This document shows, piece by piece, positions 12,591-25,488 of a stretch of DNA of 64,000 nt. The translations under genes and the position numbers were made by a program. Origin of the DNA: Octopus sinensis (lineage: Eukaryota); the NCBI RefSeq assembly GCF_006345805.1, contig NC_043008.1, positions 78,306,001 through 78,370,000 on the forward strand, in the 5' to 3' direction. The stretch's first letter is position 1; the number at the start of each line of letters is the position of its first letter. Under the pieces are notes generated by a model. The model was not told the DNA's origin. It did no database searches and saw only the letters and a list, made by a program, of their open reading frames with translations.

Positions 12591-13360
12591 AAACGAAAAC
12601 ATAAAAACAAGCATGGAACGGACCTTTTTTTAACAACGAAAAAACAGAGTACAAGACAAACTACACAAGGAAAAATCCCCTTCATCAGCTGTCCCTAGTT
12701 CAACTCAAGCGTGTTTCGAAGGTGAGGACAGAACACGAATCGTCGAACTAGCCCTTCCTGCGAAAGAATTAAATAAAATTACTTCGCAGAGGGGTAAAAA
12801 CAAGGAAAGAAAAAAATGTGACACAAACAGGACGTAAAAACGATACAAATAAAAAACAAAATAAAATACAAAATGAAATACAAAACAAAAATACAATTAC
12901 AAAAAAATACAATACAAGAAATAAAAACACAAGAAAACAAACAAAGAGGGCCTTTTTTGGCCTAGACGAGGAAAAATTCTTAAGAGCGCAAGAAGACTGT
13001 GTGTTTACTGTTAGGAGGCCGCAGGCGAAAGGAAGTAGTCGGCCGGCTGTGAGAGAGATGAGGAGGAGTGAGAGAGAGAGAGACAAACGGCTGTGAGAGA
13101 GAGAGATAGGGAAAGAAGGGAAGGTCAAGCAAAGAGTTATAGAGATTCGCGTCATAATTATATATAAAATCTTACTTAAGGTTTGGAGTTGATGTACAGG
13201 TATTTTATATTAGAACAAATGAGGTACTCAGAAATTCGGAAGGTTTTATATTTACAGATATTTATTTGTATATTACATGTTTTTATACATCATATAACTT
13301 ATATCATATATCATATATTAGCGCTTCCGTCCATTCTGGTGGAGTTCTCAATTTGAACCA

Positions 13361-13945
13361 AGTTCTTGTGGAAAAATTTTGACCATTTTATAGTGTTATT
13401 GAGTGTGTAGTGGTTGGGAGGGATATAAGATAGCACAAGAGAGTGATGAATAGGGAGAAAGTGAGAGAGACCATGTGTGTGTGTGTCTGTGTGTCTGTGT
13501 GTCTGTGTGTGTGCGTGTGTGTATGTGTTTTTGTATCTGAATGAAGTGTTAAAGAAAAAGAAGGAAAGGAAGAAAAGGGAGAGGGGAAGAAGAAAAAATG
13601 TTGCTGGTTTCTTTTGTAGTTGGTCAGGATGCTTACTCCAGGGGGGTTCTAAGATCTTGGGGAAAAAATTTGACCATTTTATAATGTTAGTGAGTGTGTA
13701 GTGGTGGGAAGGGATATAAGATAGTACAAGAGGGTGATGAATGGGGAGAATATGAGAGAGACCATGTGTGTTTTTTTGTATCTGAAGGGGTGTTAAAGAA
13801 AAAGAAGGAAAGGAAGAATAGGGAGAGAAAGAAGATCATAAATTGTATTTCCTTTTCATCATTGTCTTCTGAGAGTGTGTGTGTGTTTATGTGCGCGCGT
13901 GTGTGATGCGTGTGTTTGTGTCTTTGTATCTGAAAGAAGTGTTAA
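13361..13945. repeat. Diverged tandem duplication of a roughly 290-bp purine-rich unit (2 copies plus partial third)
   Basis: ttgaccattttata..gagtgtgtagtgg..ggatataagatag..gagagagaccatgtgtg..gtatctgaa..gtgttaaagaaaaagaaggaaagg occurs at about 13378-13575 and 13669-13815; gtatctgaa..gtgttaa again at about 13926. Confidence 0.8.
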
Positions 13946-14801
13946 GGAGGAATGGTCAAGTTGTTAAGAGTAACCAGTCATTAGCTTTTAGCAATGGTCA
14001 AGAGTACCACTTTTGTTTATATTTTTGCAACTGTAAATGATTTTTGGTTTTTAGAAATTGGCCATTTCAAAAAGGAATTGTCTGGATTTCTTTTTATTGA
14101 TGTTTTGTGAAGGTGTGTATGTGTGTGTGTGCAGCGTGTGTGTGGGGGGGGTGCCAGCGAATCTCGAAGGGGTGTCGTTGGAGAAGGGGAGAAAGAAGAA
14201 AAAGAGGAAGAAGAAATAATTGTGTTGATATTTATACCACTATTCAGTTCTTTCAACCCAATGTTTGATTCCTGTGCTTACATGGGATGGAAAATCTGGA
14301 TTACAAAATTCACATTTTAAAATTCAATTTGCTTTGGTGATCAACAAGAATGTAGAGTAATATACATTGTACTAAATGCTACACTATGTTTGTTAAATTA
14401 TAAATTGAAAGATTTGTCCTTCAATGTATGATGAGCAAAGACTTTCTTGTGTTGAAGTTACAGATGACAGAATACAAACTGACAACCACTGAGTCTGTTG
14501 TCTGATCTTCAGTTGATTTAGTCTAATATCTCACTGATTGACAGCTAAATGAATATTAAGTTTTATCATACAGAAGTAACTGGTTGTACAAATTAAAGTA
14601 AAATGGTTTCATTCAAATATTAGAATATCATTTGTTCAATGTTGCATTTTCAAACACCAAAACATATGTGTAGAACTCTGTGTGTGTGTGTGTAAGTGTG
14701 TGTGTGTGTGTGTGCGCGCGCGCGTGTGTGTGTGTGTGCTTAATACAATTTACTTTACAAATTTGGTCCTTCATCTGGTACAGCTTATTATAGAAATATT
14801 T

Positions 14802-17400
14802 TCAGTCATTCAATTTGGGGGAGAACTTAGTTATGAAGTATTTTTCCATATTCCTCCTGAAGGAGGTGTCATTCTTTGGACATTTGTAGAAGGGAAAGAT
14901 CTTAAATTTTCCTTCTCCACATGTATCTAGGTGTTTACTTAGTGGTATCTTGCGCAGTTCCTCCTGTTGGACATGTTGTCGGTGAATTCTGGCTCGTTGG
15001 CATAAAGAATTTCCAGTTTCAGCTATGTAATCCTCCTTGCATGTGGGGTAGGTTATGCAGTATATTACGTTCTGCGTCTTGCAGTTCATATCTGCATTTA
15101 TTTTGAATATGTGACCACTTTTCAATTTCATTTCTTTGTCTCCCTCTTTGTATTTGTAGGTGGGGCTACTGCAGATCCCACATCTACCATCTCCGCACTC
15201 TTTTGCAAAGAATTCAGTTTTAGTTTCTGATGAGAGTTTCGCTCTCGTTAGTTGTTTCTTCGGGTTTTTGCCTTGTCGTCTACTGTTTTTTTATGCAATA
15301 TTTGTTTAGTATGTTTTCCTTTTTGGGGCTTTGTAAGACTATTTGTAGGTTTGAATGTATGATTTGAAACATGTTGGTAACTCCAAGGTTGTGTGTGTTT
15401 ACGAAAGGGATAATGTTTTCTTTTTTTTTGTTTTGGGGGTCCTGAGTTGTGTGATGTCCAGTTTCATTGCTCTTGAGATTCCATTTTTATTAGTTTAATG
15501 GGGTATTTTTGTTCTAGTAGGAAGTTTTTAAGTTCATCTAGTATTATTAAGCGTGCTTGTGAGTCTGTTACTATGCAGCATATGCGTCTTGCCATACTAT
15601 ATGGGGTGTTTCTTTTTATGTGGGATGGGTGGCAGGAGTAGAAATTTAAATATTGGTGTGTATCGGTTTTTTTGTAGTGGATGTCTGTTGTGATGATGGA
15701 GTTGTGTATCTTGATGTTGATGTCTAGGAAGGGAAGTTCGTTGTGGCTGGTATCTATTGTGAAGTTGATAGATGGGTGCAGTGTGTTGAGGATGTTGTGG
15801 AATGTTCGTAGGTCTTCTGATCGGTTCCAAAAGATGAAGCAGTCATCGAGGTAACGTTTCCACTTTTTCTTGATGTCTTCTCTGAAGTCGTGTTCGAAGA
15901 CTTTCCCTATTTCATAGTATAGTTTGTTCTCAAGGAAACCCATCACCAGGCTGGCATATGAAGGTGCGAATTTTGTAACCATAGCCGTGCCCTTTATCTG
16001 TCGGTATGTCTTGTTGTTGAATGAAAATGTATTTTCTTCGAGTATTAATTGGGTGGCTTGGGTAATAAAGTCTGTCTTGAAACGTTTATCTATGAGTTCC
16101 CTGTATTTTAGTAGTAGGTTCGTTTCATTTTCGCTAAGTTCTCTTTTATATAGGTTTATTATTTTGGTGTCTACGTGCTTTGTGTGTTCACTCGGAAATT
16201 TTTGGTGTATTGGATCTGGAGTATGGTTGAAGTATCCTTTCCCTTAAAAAAGGGGTTGTGCTGTTGCGTCTCCAAATTCCATTTTCAGGTCTTAGGTTTT
16301 CTTGTAGCAGTAGGGGTGGTCTGTATGGTCTGTGTGTGTTGTTTTGTCTTTGGTAGTTGTTTTCTTCCCATCTTCTGTGTTTGTTGAGCCAATTTCTATT
16401 ACTGGGGTTCAGGTTTCTTTGTGGGTAGGTGGATGGTTCATGTTTTGTGTTTGTATTGTATTGATAGAGGGAGTTGTTTTTTATCCATCTTGTAAATTTG
16501 TGGGGTCGCATGGGGTTGATGTTTGTATGGTTTGGATTTCTTCGATGTTTGTTGTAGGTTATGTGTTGATTTCTATCCACTTGTTTATTGTTCCATGTGT
16601 GTATCCATTTAGGATGTCCAGTGTTATGTGTTGGTGGTTGTTCATATTCTGTTTGTTCTCTCCAAGTGTTATAGGTTGTTGATTGTATGTATCATGCTCG
16701 TCTTGCTGCTTGTGTGTTTGTCTTTGTGGGGCTTTGGGTTGATGGTCGTCTTTCATATTTTGTGTGTCTGTTTATTGGGGGGGGGGTTCGGCAATGTAAG
16801 GAGCGGGGTTTTGGTTTGTGTTTGGTAGGGCTTATTTGGATGTTTGGGAGTCCAATATGTTCGTGATGCTGGTTTATTGTATCTTTTCATTTGTTTTCGT
16901 AGTTTCTTTGTCTTCATAATTGATTTTTCCCCAGAGTTCTTTTCGTAGTTTTATTTCGGCCATTATGACGGTATCAATTGCTTTAATCTTATCTTCCTAG
17001 TGTAAGCTTCGTGTTTGTAGAAGGGAAATTTCCGTTTCTAGTCGGCAAAGGGCTAGGTTTGCACGTATTGTTGTTTCTTCTAGTGATTCACCCCTTATTT
17101 CTTTGATAAGGAATTTTCTAGGGAGTATTGGGTTCTTCATGTCCCGCCAGTTTTGGTATATGTTGGCTATGTTCTTACAGCGTATGCTTTTCCAATAAGC
17201 ATGTTTACGTTGGTTTAGAAGTTTGTTCCAGTCTTGGGGTTTTGAAGGTTTTTCTTGGTTCGTGTCAGTTTTTGTTTCTTCGTCATTTGTTTTCCTTTGT
17301 GATTGGGGTGGTCCCGCCAAAAGATTTGTGTTGTCAGTTGTGTTTGCTTGATTATTTTTAGAGATAATATTTTGTGTTTGGATCGTATTTATTGTTAAAG
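14802..17400 (-). mobile_element. Naiad/Poseidon-type Penelope-like element, decayed, with an internal RT deletion
   Basis: ORFs 16997-17320 (N-terminal region), 15464-15982 (AMVTKFAPSYA, KRYLDDCFIFW, LPFLDI, YLNFYSCHP) and 14802-15131 (CKTQNVIYCITYPTCKEDYIAE, IHRQH, LSKH, RRNMEKYFI); frameshifts between them. Confidence 0.92.
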
Positions 17401-17689
17401 CAATGTTTGCAAAGATTGTATCGATTTTTGAAAGAAGTAAATTATATAAGTAAATTATATAAGAAGAATATATATAAATGCATGTATGTATATCAATTTA
17501 ATACACATTACAAAATAGCATGAATACAAAGAAAGAAGAAAACAGATTTGGAAAAAGTATTTATACAAATTTGTAAACACAGAAAAGAATCGAACCTGAA
17601 AGTAACTAACGAAGTCTCAGGTCAAGAGATTAAACTAATGTATGATCTCTGAAATTTATAAGAATTGGCTTTCAACACAATTTGTTAGG

Positions 17690-18060
17690 GTTGTCGTGGA
17701 GCCAGATGGTAAATAGTTGACGTCAATTCTGACAACTCTTTCAAACAGGGTCAAAGTTTTACAATGAAAAACAACTTCACATGTGCTTCGGAAAACCTAA
17801 TATATGTATTAACTTGATCAGGGTGCCAACAACAATATATTAGTCAAACTGAAAACAGTTTACGTCAGAGGGCGCCGGCATATAGATCCCAAATTAAAAT
17901 ACGAGAATAGGATTAAGCGAGCACATCGATATTTGCGCCACTAACGAACAACCCAATTTCAGAATTTTCCCCCTCAATAAATTCAGGGGCAATGCAACTT
18001 ATAGTCAGCGCATCAGCAAAGAAACATACTTTATCACATAATATAAACTCTTTTGAATTC
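17690..18060 (+). mobile_element. Decayed GIY-YIG fragment of a Naiad-type PLE, opposite in orientation to the 14802-17400 element
   Basis: FKQGQSFTMKNNFTCASENLIYVLT*SGCQQQYISQTENSLRQR, homologous to FKEGQKFKIKSNFTCASENIIYVIKCSGCHQDYVG at 56400-56520. Confidence 0.8.
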
Positions 18061-18194
18061 CGCCATTACTGATGGAACTACAAGAGTTTAGAACATTCCG
18101 ACTGCTACGACCATAATTGGTCACTTTTGCGTTATTTGAACATTAAAGATTCTATGATCAATTTACTATGGCACAGCACTCCTATATTTTTCCT

Positions 18195-18600
18195 TTCTTT
18201 CTCCATCTTCTTTCCTTACTTGTATTTCTCTTCCTCTTTCATTTCCTTCAACTCCTCCTCCTTCTCCTTCTTTTCCTTCTTCTTCTTTTTCTTCTTCTTC
18301 TTCATCATCCTCTCCTTCCTAGTCTTCCACCCTCCTCTCCTTTATCTCCTTCTTCCTCTTCTTCTTCTCCTCCTCCCACTTCTACTTCTCCTCCCTCGGC
18401 TGCTCCGGCTTAAACCACCAATTGCCTTTACCCAAACTATTCCTTCAAATTTACTACTAACTACCTACCTACATACCTACTTACCTACTTACCTACCTAC
18501 CTACCTTCCTACATACCTACCTGTCTACCTGTCTACCTACCTGTCTACCTGTCTACCTACCTGTCTACCTGTCTACTTACCTACTTACCAACCTACCAGG
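18195..18600. repeat. (CTT/CCT)n and (ACCT)n simple repeats
   Basis: Direct reading. Confidence 0.9.
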
Positions 18601-19444
18601 CATTCACAAAGGAACAGAGAGACACAGACAGACAGACTGTTTGTAAACTATGGTAATATTTACCTATTTAAAGATCATGAAAATATCTACAAAACATTTT
18701 ACTTAATGTTTCTCTCCAATTTAATTGTTTTTCTTATATTACTCTTAGTTGAAAAAATCTAAATTGACGGAAACCGGTTCTAAAATACATTTCATGATAA
18801 CATTATTTTAGCATTTTCTCCCTTGTCTTATTTTCCTTATACATATCAAATCCTGTCTTACTTTTCTACCTTCTACATATACCTCCACACGAGAAAATGC
18901 CGACAAAAGCAGACACAACAATAACTACCATAAAGGAAGAAACGATAAAAGAAGTCAAGACTATCAACACAACCTGTCAACGTTCTTTTACAAATTCGAC
19001 TCGATACGTGAACCGAATCGAGAAAAAAATGAGGTAACCGACACGAAAAATACAACCTTCGAAATCGCCGAAAAACTTGCAAACTTATGCAAAACAATTA
19101 GAACACCCTTCTCAAGCAACGCGAACCAAGGACCTCCGACCGAGGAAGCGTATGTGATTAATACACTAACAACATGCCAAATGAAACTCCACTTAGTACC
19201 ACAATGGAACAGAGGAAGAGAAATACAAGTAAGGAAGTTTATTAAACTTTTAATACTCTCTGATAGTTATATAATTTTTAAAAAATAAATAAATAAATAA
19301 ATAAAAGTTTAAATATATATATATATTTAAAATTTATAAGTTTAAATTATTAATTTAAATAAGTTTTTAAATTTTAACTTTAATTTAAATATTTTAATTT
19401 GGAATTTTATATTTTATATTTTATATATATTTTTTATTAATTTT

Positions 19445-19510
19445 ATTTCTATGTATTGGCTTATGATTTTCACTGTTTGATTTGCCTAATAGTGGTTTTA
19501 TCTCTAATTT
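19445..19510 (+). repeat. Dispersed repeat also present at about 1779-1842
   Basis: atgtattgg.ttatg....tca.tgtttga.tt.c.taatagtggttttatctctaattta occurs at both sites, each next to TA-rich tracts; probably a PLE terminal fragment. Confidence 0.65.
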
Positions 19511-19610
19511 AATATAATATAATATAATATAATATATATTTATACTATAAAATTAGATTTAATCCTAAATCTAATTTTTTCCTGTAAGTTTGGATTTACT
19601 CCCTAATATT

Positions 19611-19664
<54 letters not shown>

Positions 19665-19665
<1 letters not shown>

Positions 19666-19901
19666 TAGCAGTATAACACGGCTTTGCCCGGGATTAGGTT
19701 ATGATTATTAAATTAATCAAGTTCTTTATTTCAAACCAAACTAATATCAACGTCAAATTTGGCCGAAATCCGTTGAAATTGGTTTATATATATGGGCAAC
19801 ACACACACGTACACACACATACGTACACCTACTGCATACATGTTTTTTTTACGCGTACATATTCATCTGTGTGTATATGTGTGTGTTTGTATGTGAGGCT
19901 G

Positions 19902-19968
<67 letters not shown>

Positions 19969-20277
19969 GCCCGTATATTAACAAAACACTTTTTTCTCGA
20001 TGGAAAAAACAAAAGTCTTAACAAAATCTTACTCGTCGCTAGAAGGGGACTTAACTCCTGTTTGCAATCAATGGTGATTTTCCCGACTTGAAAATTGTTA
20101 AAAGTTTTGGTTGAAAATTTATTTTTACTGCTATTTACTGGTAAAAATAAGTTGATGAAAATACAGCTAGGATCATGACGAATGTCCTCCTAAAGTTGGA
20201 GCGACATGCATGCTAATTTGTGGACGTACATAAATTACATTCACGTACACACACATCCTGCCTTTTATATATACAGA
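19665..20277 (-). mobile_element. Non-autonomous Helitron
   Basis: Minus strand A|TCtgtatatataaaagg ... cccgggcaaagccgtg hairpin, then ttatactgCTAG|T; inserted between A and T with no TSD. Confidence 0.85.
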
Positions 20278-20428
20278 TGTATATATATATATTCCCGGCC
20301 GATGCAACTTCTCTTTTAGGTGCAGGCGTGGCTGTGTAGTATGTATGAGGATAGAAAACTCCGAATGACTCGTCCTTATTTTCTTTGTATCGTCTGTCTG
20401 GATGTTTTGCGTTCTTGTCCCATTTTTG

Positions 20429-20509
<81 letters not shown>

Positions 20510-21539
20510 GAAAAGTAGAGAAAGATGAATATGACTGACAGACTATAGAATTATAGCGTTTCAAAGTGGTGAATGAGAAGGGAAATAAACATGTGAAAGA
20601 AAAATCAATGGAAATCAACGATAAAAATATAAATGAGCGTGAGGATATAGACCTTAAAACTAAATGAAAACTAGGAAGACAGAAAAAGAGAACATATATG
20701 AGAGAGCTGAAAGATCGTGTAGAAATGGAAATAAATAAATGGTATGGGCAAATAAAATATAGGAGAAAGGCTGCCTTTCATAACATTACGTCTTCTGCAG
20801 AAAGATATAGCAAACTTAATGCAATTCCTTATGTTGAAAGAAAGACCTTCAAACAATTACGAGAATAGTAAAACACATGAGAAAATTGGCTGAATACTTG
20901 GTATATTGGATCGCAAATAAATATTGCGCTTAATAATATAGAAAAAATACAGGATTTTATATTTTAAAATCATCTTTCCTAAGGTAGCAACCTTATGAAA
21001 AGTAATTTTCAAAATCCAAGATGCATGGCAAAACATCTAACTCTCCAAATAAATTTTCAAGTGAAATTGAATATTTATGGGTACACACGTGTATGTGGCA
21101 ATGACTCTTTCCATTACTGCGCATTTCGTGAATGTTTATATCTTATTTCTGCGGATAGGAATCACGAAAAGATAAACCTTCACCTCAAAAGCTGTCTATA
21201 GCGCTGAATTACAGCATCAACTAAAATGTGAATAAGCAGAGACAGAGCGTTAAATGTAATGCATGGTGAATAGTTACCCAAACTCTCTGCATATTGTATT
21301 TCGTTTTACACAAACACACGTGCGCGCGCACACACACGCACTCAGACTTTCTCTTATTGTTTCTCATCCTTTCTCTCTCTCTCTCTTTCCTTTACTTTCT
21401 TTCTTTCTCTCTTTTTCTTTTTCTTTCTTTCTTACTCTCTCCCTCACACACACACACATATATCAGTATATGTATGCATGTATGTATGTAAGTATGCATG
21501 TATGTATGTATGTATGTATGTATGTATGTATGTATGTAC

Positions 21540-21605
21540 AACGGGCTCCTGTCAGTTTCCGTCTACCAAATCCATCCAATGCTCAGGTCGGCCCGGATCT
21601 ATAGT
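21540..21605 (-). mobile_element. SINE family A body fragment
   Basis: Reverse complement of gggctcctgtcagtttccgtctaccaaatcca...ggtcggccc matches the body of the 22417 copy. Confidence 0.7.
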
Positions 21606-21639
21606 AGACAATTCACATCGAAAATATTTTGGAGCAGGG

Positions 21640-22390
21640 ATATCACATTATTTAACCCTGTTATCGATGGAAATTGGCTCCAAGAGTGAACCGCTGTTGT
21701 TAAAATGACGTTTCATATCACTATGGAGTTGCCGATGAATTCAGGACGACATCGAAGTTTACTATGAATAATCCAGAAGTGGTTCTACTAACAGTGTGGT
21801 AGGCTTTTGTTGAATCGACAAAACCCTGGTTTAGAGCTATGCGATGTTCGATGCATTACCCCAGCTTCTTCGATGAGGCTTATACCTTTGTAATTTCCGA
21901 ACACGAATTTGGATCCTTTTCCTTTGAACTCTGAAATTAGAATAGCGTCAACCCAGTCTTGCGTGGCAGGAGCACCCGATTAGACGTCTGATATTAGATG
22001 ATGGATCTCCTCAAGCAAGCTTGCCATCTCTGTAGAAAGGAACTTCAATGAGAATATTGGCAAAACCCGGGACCTTCGTAGTATTAATTGCTTTAATGTT
22101 TTTTTTTCTTTTTTATCTCTTCTCTAGTGGAAAGGTCCCACATCTCAAGGACAATATCTTTTAGGGGCAGATTATTGATGACATTTTCACGAATAACTGG
22201 AGGATTATCAAAGAGGTTTGTGAAGTACTCGGTCAAGCGTTTCATGATACCTTCATGGTCCTTAAAGAGAAAGAAACTATCCTTTGACCTGGGTGGTACC
22301 CCAGGTGAAGACTGAGGACATGAGACTTGTCGGATTAAGTATTTATCCTTACGTCATCCACATTATTGGATGATTTACCGATTCGCTAAT
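21640..22390 (-). mobile_element. Decayed RTE-like LINE (RT N-terminal region)
   Basis: Minus strand LKDHEGIMKRLTEYFTNLFDNPP; LLEEIHHLISDV*..QDWVDAILISEFKGKGSK..GNYKGISLIEEAG; FVDSTKAYHTVSR. Confidence 0.7.
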
Positions 22391-22416
22391 GTGTATATAT
22401 AAAGTTAATATAAATA

Positions 22417-22581
22417 GCAGGATTGGCTGTGTGGTAAGAAACTTGCTTACTCGTACCAACCACATGGTTCCAGATTCAGTCCCACTGCGTGACACCTTGG
22501 GCAAATGTCTTCTACAATAACATCGGGTCGACCAAAGCCTTGTGAGTGGATTTGGTAGACTGTAACTGAAATAAGCCCGTC

Positions 22582-22618
<37 letters not shown>

Positions 22619-22663
22619 TGTGTGTGTGTGTGTGTGTGAGTGTGTGTGTGTGTGTGTGTATGT

Positions 22664-22704
<41 letters not shown>

Positions 22705-22892
22705 TATTTGTCCCCCAACATCACTTGACAATTGTTGCTGGTGTGCTTACGTCCTCGTAATTTGACAGTTCGGCAAAAGAGACCGATAGAATAAGTACTA
22801 GGCTTACAAAGGATAAATCCTGGTGTCGATTTGTTCGGCTAAAGGCGGTGCTCCAGCACAGCTGCAGTCAAATGACTGAAACAAATAAAAGA
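22417..22892 (+). mobile_element. SINE family A, full length
   Basis: tggctgtgtggtaagaa head, ggttccagattcagtcccactgcgtgacacc B-box-like segment, (GT)n, ggcggtgctccagca..gcagtcaaatgactgaaac tail. Confidence 0.88.
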
Positions 22893-23288
22893 GAAAATGA
22901 AAAGCAGTTTGCAATGTTTCACCAAAACTCGAAGTAGTTCGCTGGAGCTTCTAATACTCGCTGGCGCGCTCGTGTGTGTGTGCGTGTGTGCATTTATGCA
23001 TGTGTGATAAATCTGCTACCTGACTTCCTTTTTTATTGATAATTTATCATAAACGTGTCCGAGTTGATTTTGATAGCGCAACTGACATTAGAACCCCTAC
23101 CCACACCCAAATACAACCACCTTACCAGTGAAAGACTCCATTTAATGAATATTATATTTAGCAGAGAACGTAAAATTAAGGGAAAGGGTCCAGATTTTCC
23201 ATGACAAATAGAATTATTTCACCAACATATTAGATATTCTTTCTTTCCTTAATGAGCATATATTTCATACATACTCACATACACATAA

Positions 23289-25420
23289 CACTGCTCAAAA
23301 AATTTGAACATTTTGCAGTCCCATGAACTAAAAATGTGAAATTTATGGTACTTTTAACGCAGATTTTGAATCTGTTTTTAGAATTTTTCTATCAGGCATG
23401 ATTTTTATGTGACAGAGTAATAAAATTATATAATAAATGTACTATATTAATGCAGAAATAAGGCTGACAATTATAATTGGTCAACAGAATAAATGAAAAA
23501 TACTGTCCCACAAACAAAAGTAGGTGAACTCAATAGCATTTTATCTACAGAATTCAAGTGTGTGTTTCAGATTTTTTCCATAAGTCATAGTTTTTCTCTG
23601 AGAGAATATGTAAATTGTTAAACAATTATATTTCAGGAATTCAAAAATCAGGCTAATATTACGAAGAAACTTACCTTTAAGACGTAGAGGCGTATGATTT
23701 TCGACTGTATTTAGCTTCTGAGACGTGCCTTTTTAGTGACCAACAAATAACCAGCCAATATAAAAGAGCTCCACTTCTCTTAGTACCGGGTTTTCATGTT
23801 CAGAATATCCTTATGAAACCTCTCGTCGTGCTCGTCACTGACAGCCCCAAGATTTGCAGGGGAAAAGAAGTCTAAGTGAGAGTTCAAGAAGTGGATTCTT
23901 AAGCTTATGTTGCATCCCAAGACCTTGTATAATGTCAGTAACTCTTTCATAATGTCTGAACAGTTCTGTGATTCCCTAAAAAAACTCTCTACAAACTTTC
24001 TTAAATGACAGCTACACAGCTTTTTCAGCATCAATGAACTCTTCATCAAACTTTCGGTCTCTCATCAGCTCCCTAATCTGTGGCCCAACAAAAATACCTT
24101 CCTTGATTTTTGCTTCACTTACACTTGGAAATTTTGTTTTCAAATACGTTAATCCCTTGCTAGTTCTGTCCATGCCTTAGTCGAAGTTCTTCCTCAACCC
24201 TAACGTAATATGCAAAGTAGGCAGATAAATTTCCTAAGAATCTGCAAGAGGAGAATTGATGACATTCTGCCCAGGGGTCAGAGATCGTTTCGGCCACACA
24301 TTTCTTTTTATAATGATTTTTCTTATTCCGACTATCCCACTCACCCAGATGCATTCCAAGTAAAAGTACTACAACTTTTAGGTCACCACAAATACTGCAC
24401 TTATGTTCATCATACTTAATTTTTTCCATCAGAAATTTCATACTCTCACATATTTCCTTCATGTTAGCTGCATGGACCAGAGGAACAGCAGAAAACTTAT
24501 TTTGGTCTCTTTCTGGAGAAGATACTATCCCTTTAACCTGGAACCAAGAAGTTCAGCTTGCTTTTTCGACAAGTTTAAATCCCGCACAAGATAAAGCAGC
24601 TCTCCTTGACTCAACAAATGTGGTTCACTTGAAGAACAGTTAGGCTCACAAAGTCCATGTCTTCTGTTTCTTTCTCCACATCTTCATCACTTGAGTCGTT
24701 GTCAGTAAGTGTCATTTGTTTTCGAGGGTCAGGTACAAGTAAGTGTTGACTGTGAAATACTGGTGTCATAGTAGATTGTAAATTAGGATATTTTACAATA
24801 TGCTTGGATTTTGATGTTATACCTAGTAGCAATCTCTCTCCAAATCACAGGGAGGGCAGTGAGAGGCCTGACACAGGTTACACAACACACATGAGGAGCC
24901 CAGATTTCATCCTGGTCACCCACTTTGCAGTCAAAATAATGCTCATAGCACTTTTTAACCAATGGCGTGAAACGCCGTCTTTGTGGTTTTAATGTTAAGT
25001 CACCGCAAATATATAAAAAATGATTTGCGATGTTATTACAGTCTCTTGGCATTATGAAGATGAACACAATCGCACGCTTACACTTCAAACACAGCACTGA
25101 TAAAGCATCGGTGGCTCATCGACTCAATGTTGCCAAGCTTCGGTGACTCATTGACTCATATAGCTAGATATATGATTTCATTAGGTTAATTCTATTCATA
25201 AACATTTAAATTAGGAGCATTTCTTAAACTGTTATTTTCACATTTCAACAGTTTAACTGAAATTTAGCCCACGTAACAGGAACTGAGAGGGATATTATGG
25301 AACATAGAAACTGTTAGTGGTACAGATAATTTGATGTTATTTTATTAATTCTGCATGCAAAAACATATAAGATACTGGTATAATTTTTCTTGGGACAAAC
25401 TCCTGGTTGACTAATGTAAT
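23289..25420 (-). mobile_element. Chapaev3-like (CMC superfamily) DNA transposon remnant
   Basis: Minus ORFs: FLYICGDLT..KCYEHYFDCKVGDQDEIWAPHVCCVTC; YPNLQS..PV; ICGDLKVV.LLLG; GCNISLRIHFLNSHLDFF..NLGAVSDEHDERFHKDI; CACTG-type start at 23289. Family name assigned from memory of these motifs. Confidence 0.7.
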
Positions 25421-25439
25421 TAATGCATGTTAAATAATT

Positions 25440-25488
<49 letters not shown>

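Noticed and set aside
17790-17830. TGA at a Cys position of the CxxC motif (possible selenocysteine, as reported for some Naiad PLEs)
   Set aside because: The fragment has several other stops and substitutions, TGC to TGA is a single change, and no SECIS-like hairpin was seen downstream.
18873-19240. GC-richer island with partial open frames, possible LINE ORF1
   Set aside because: No diagnostic motif; left unannotated.
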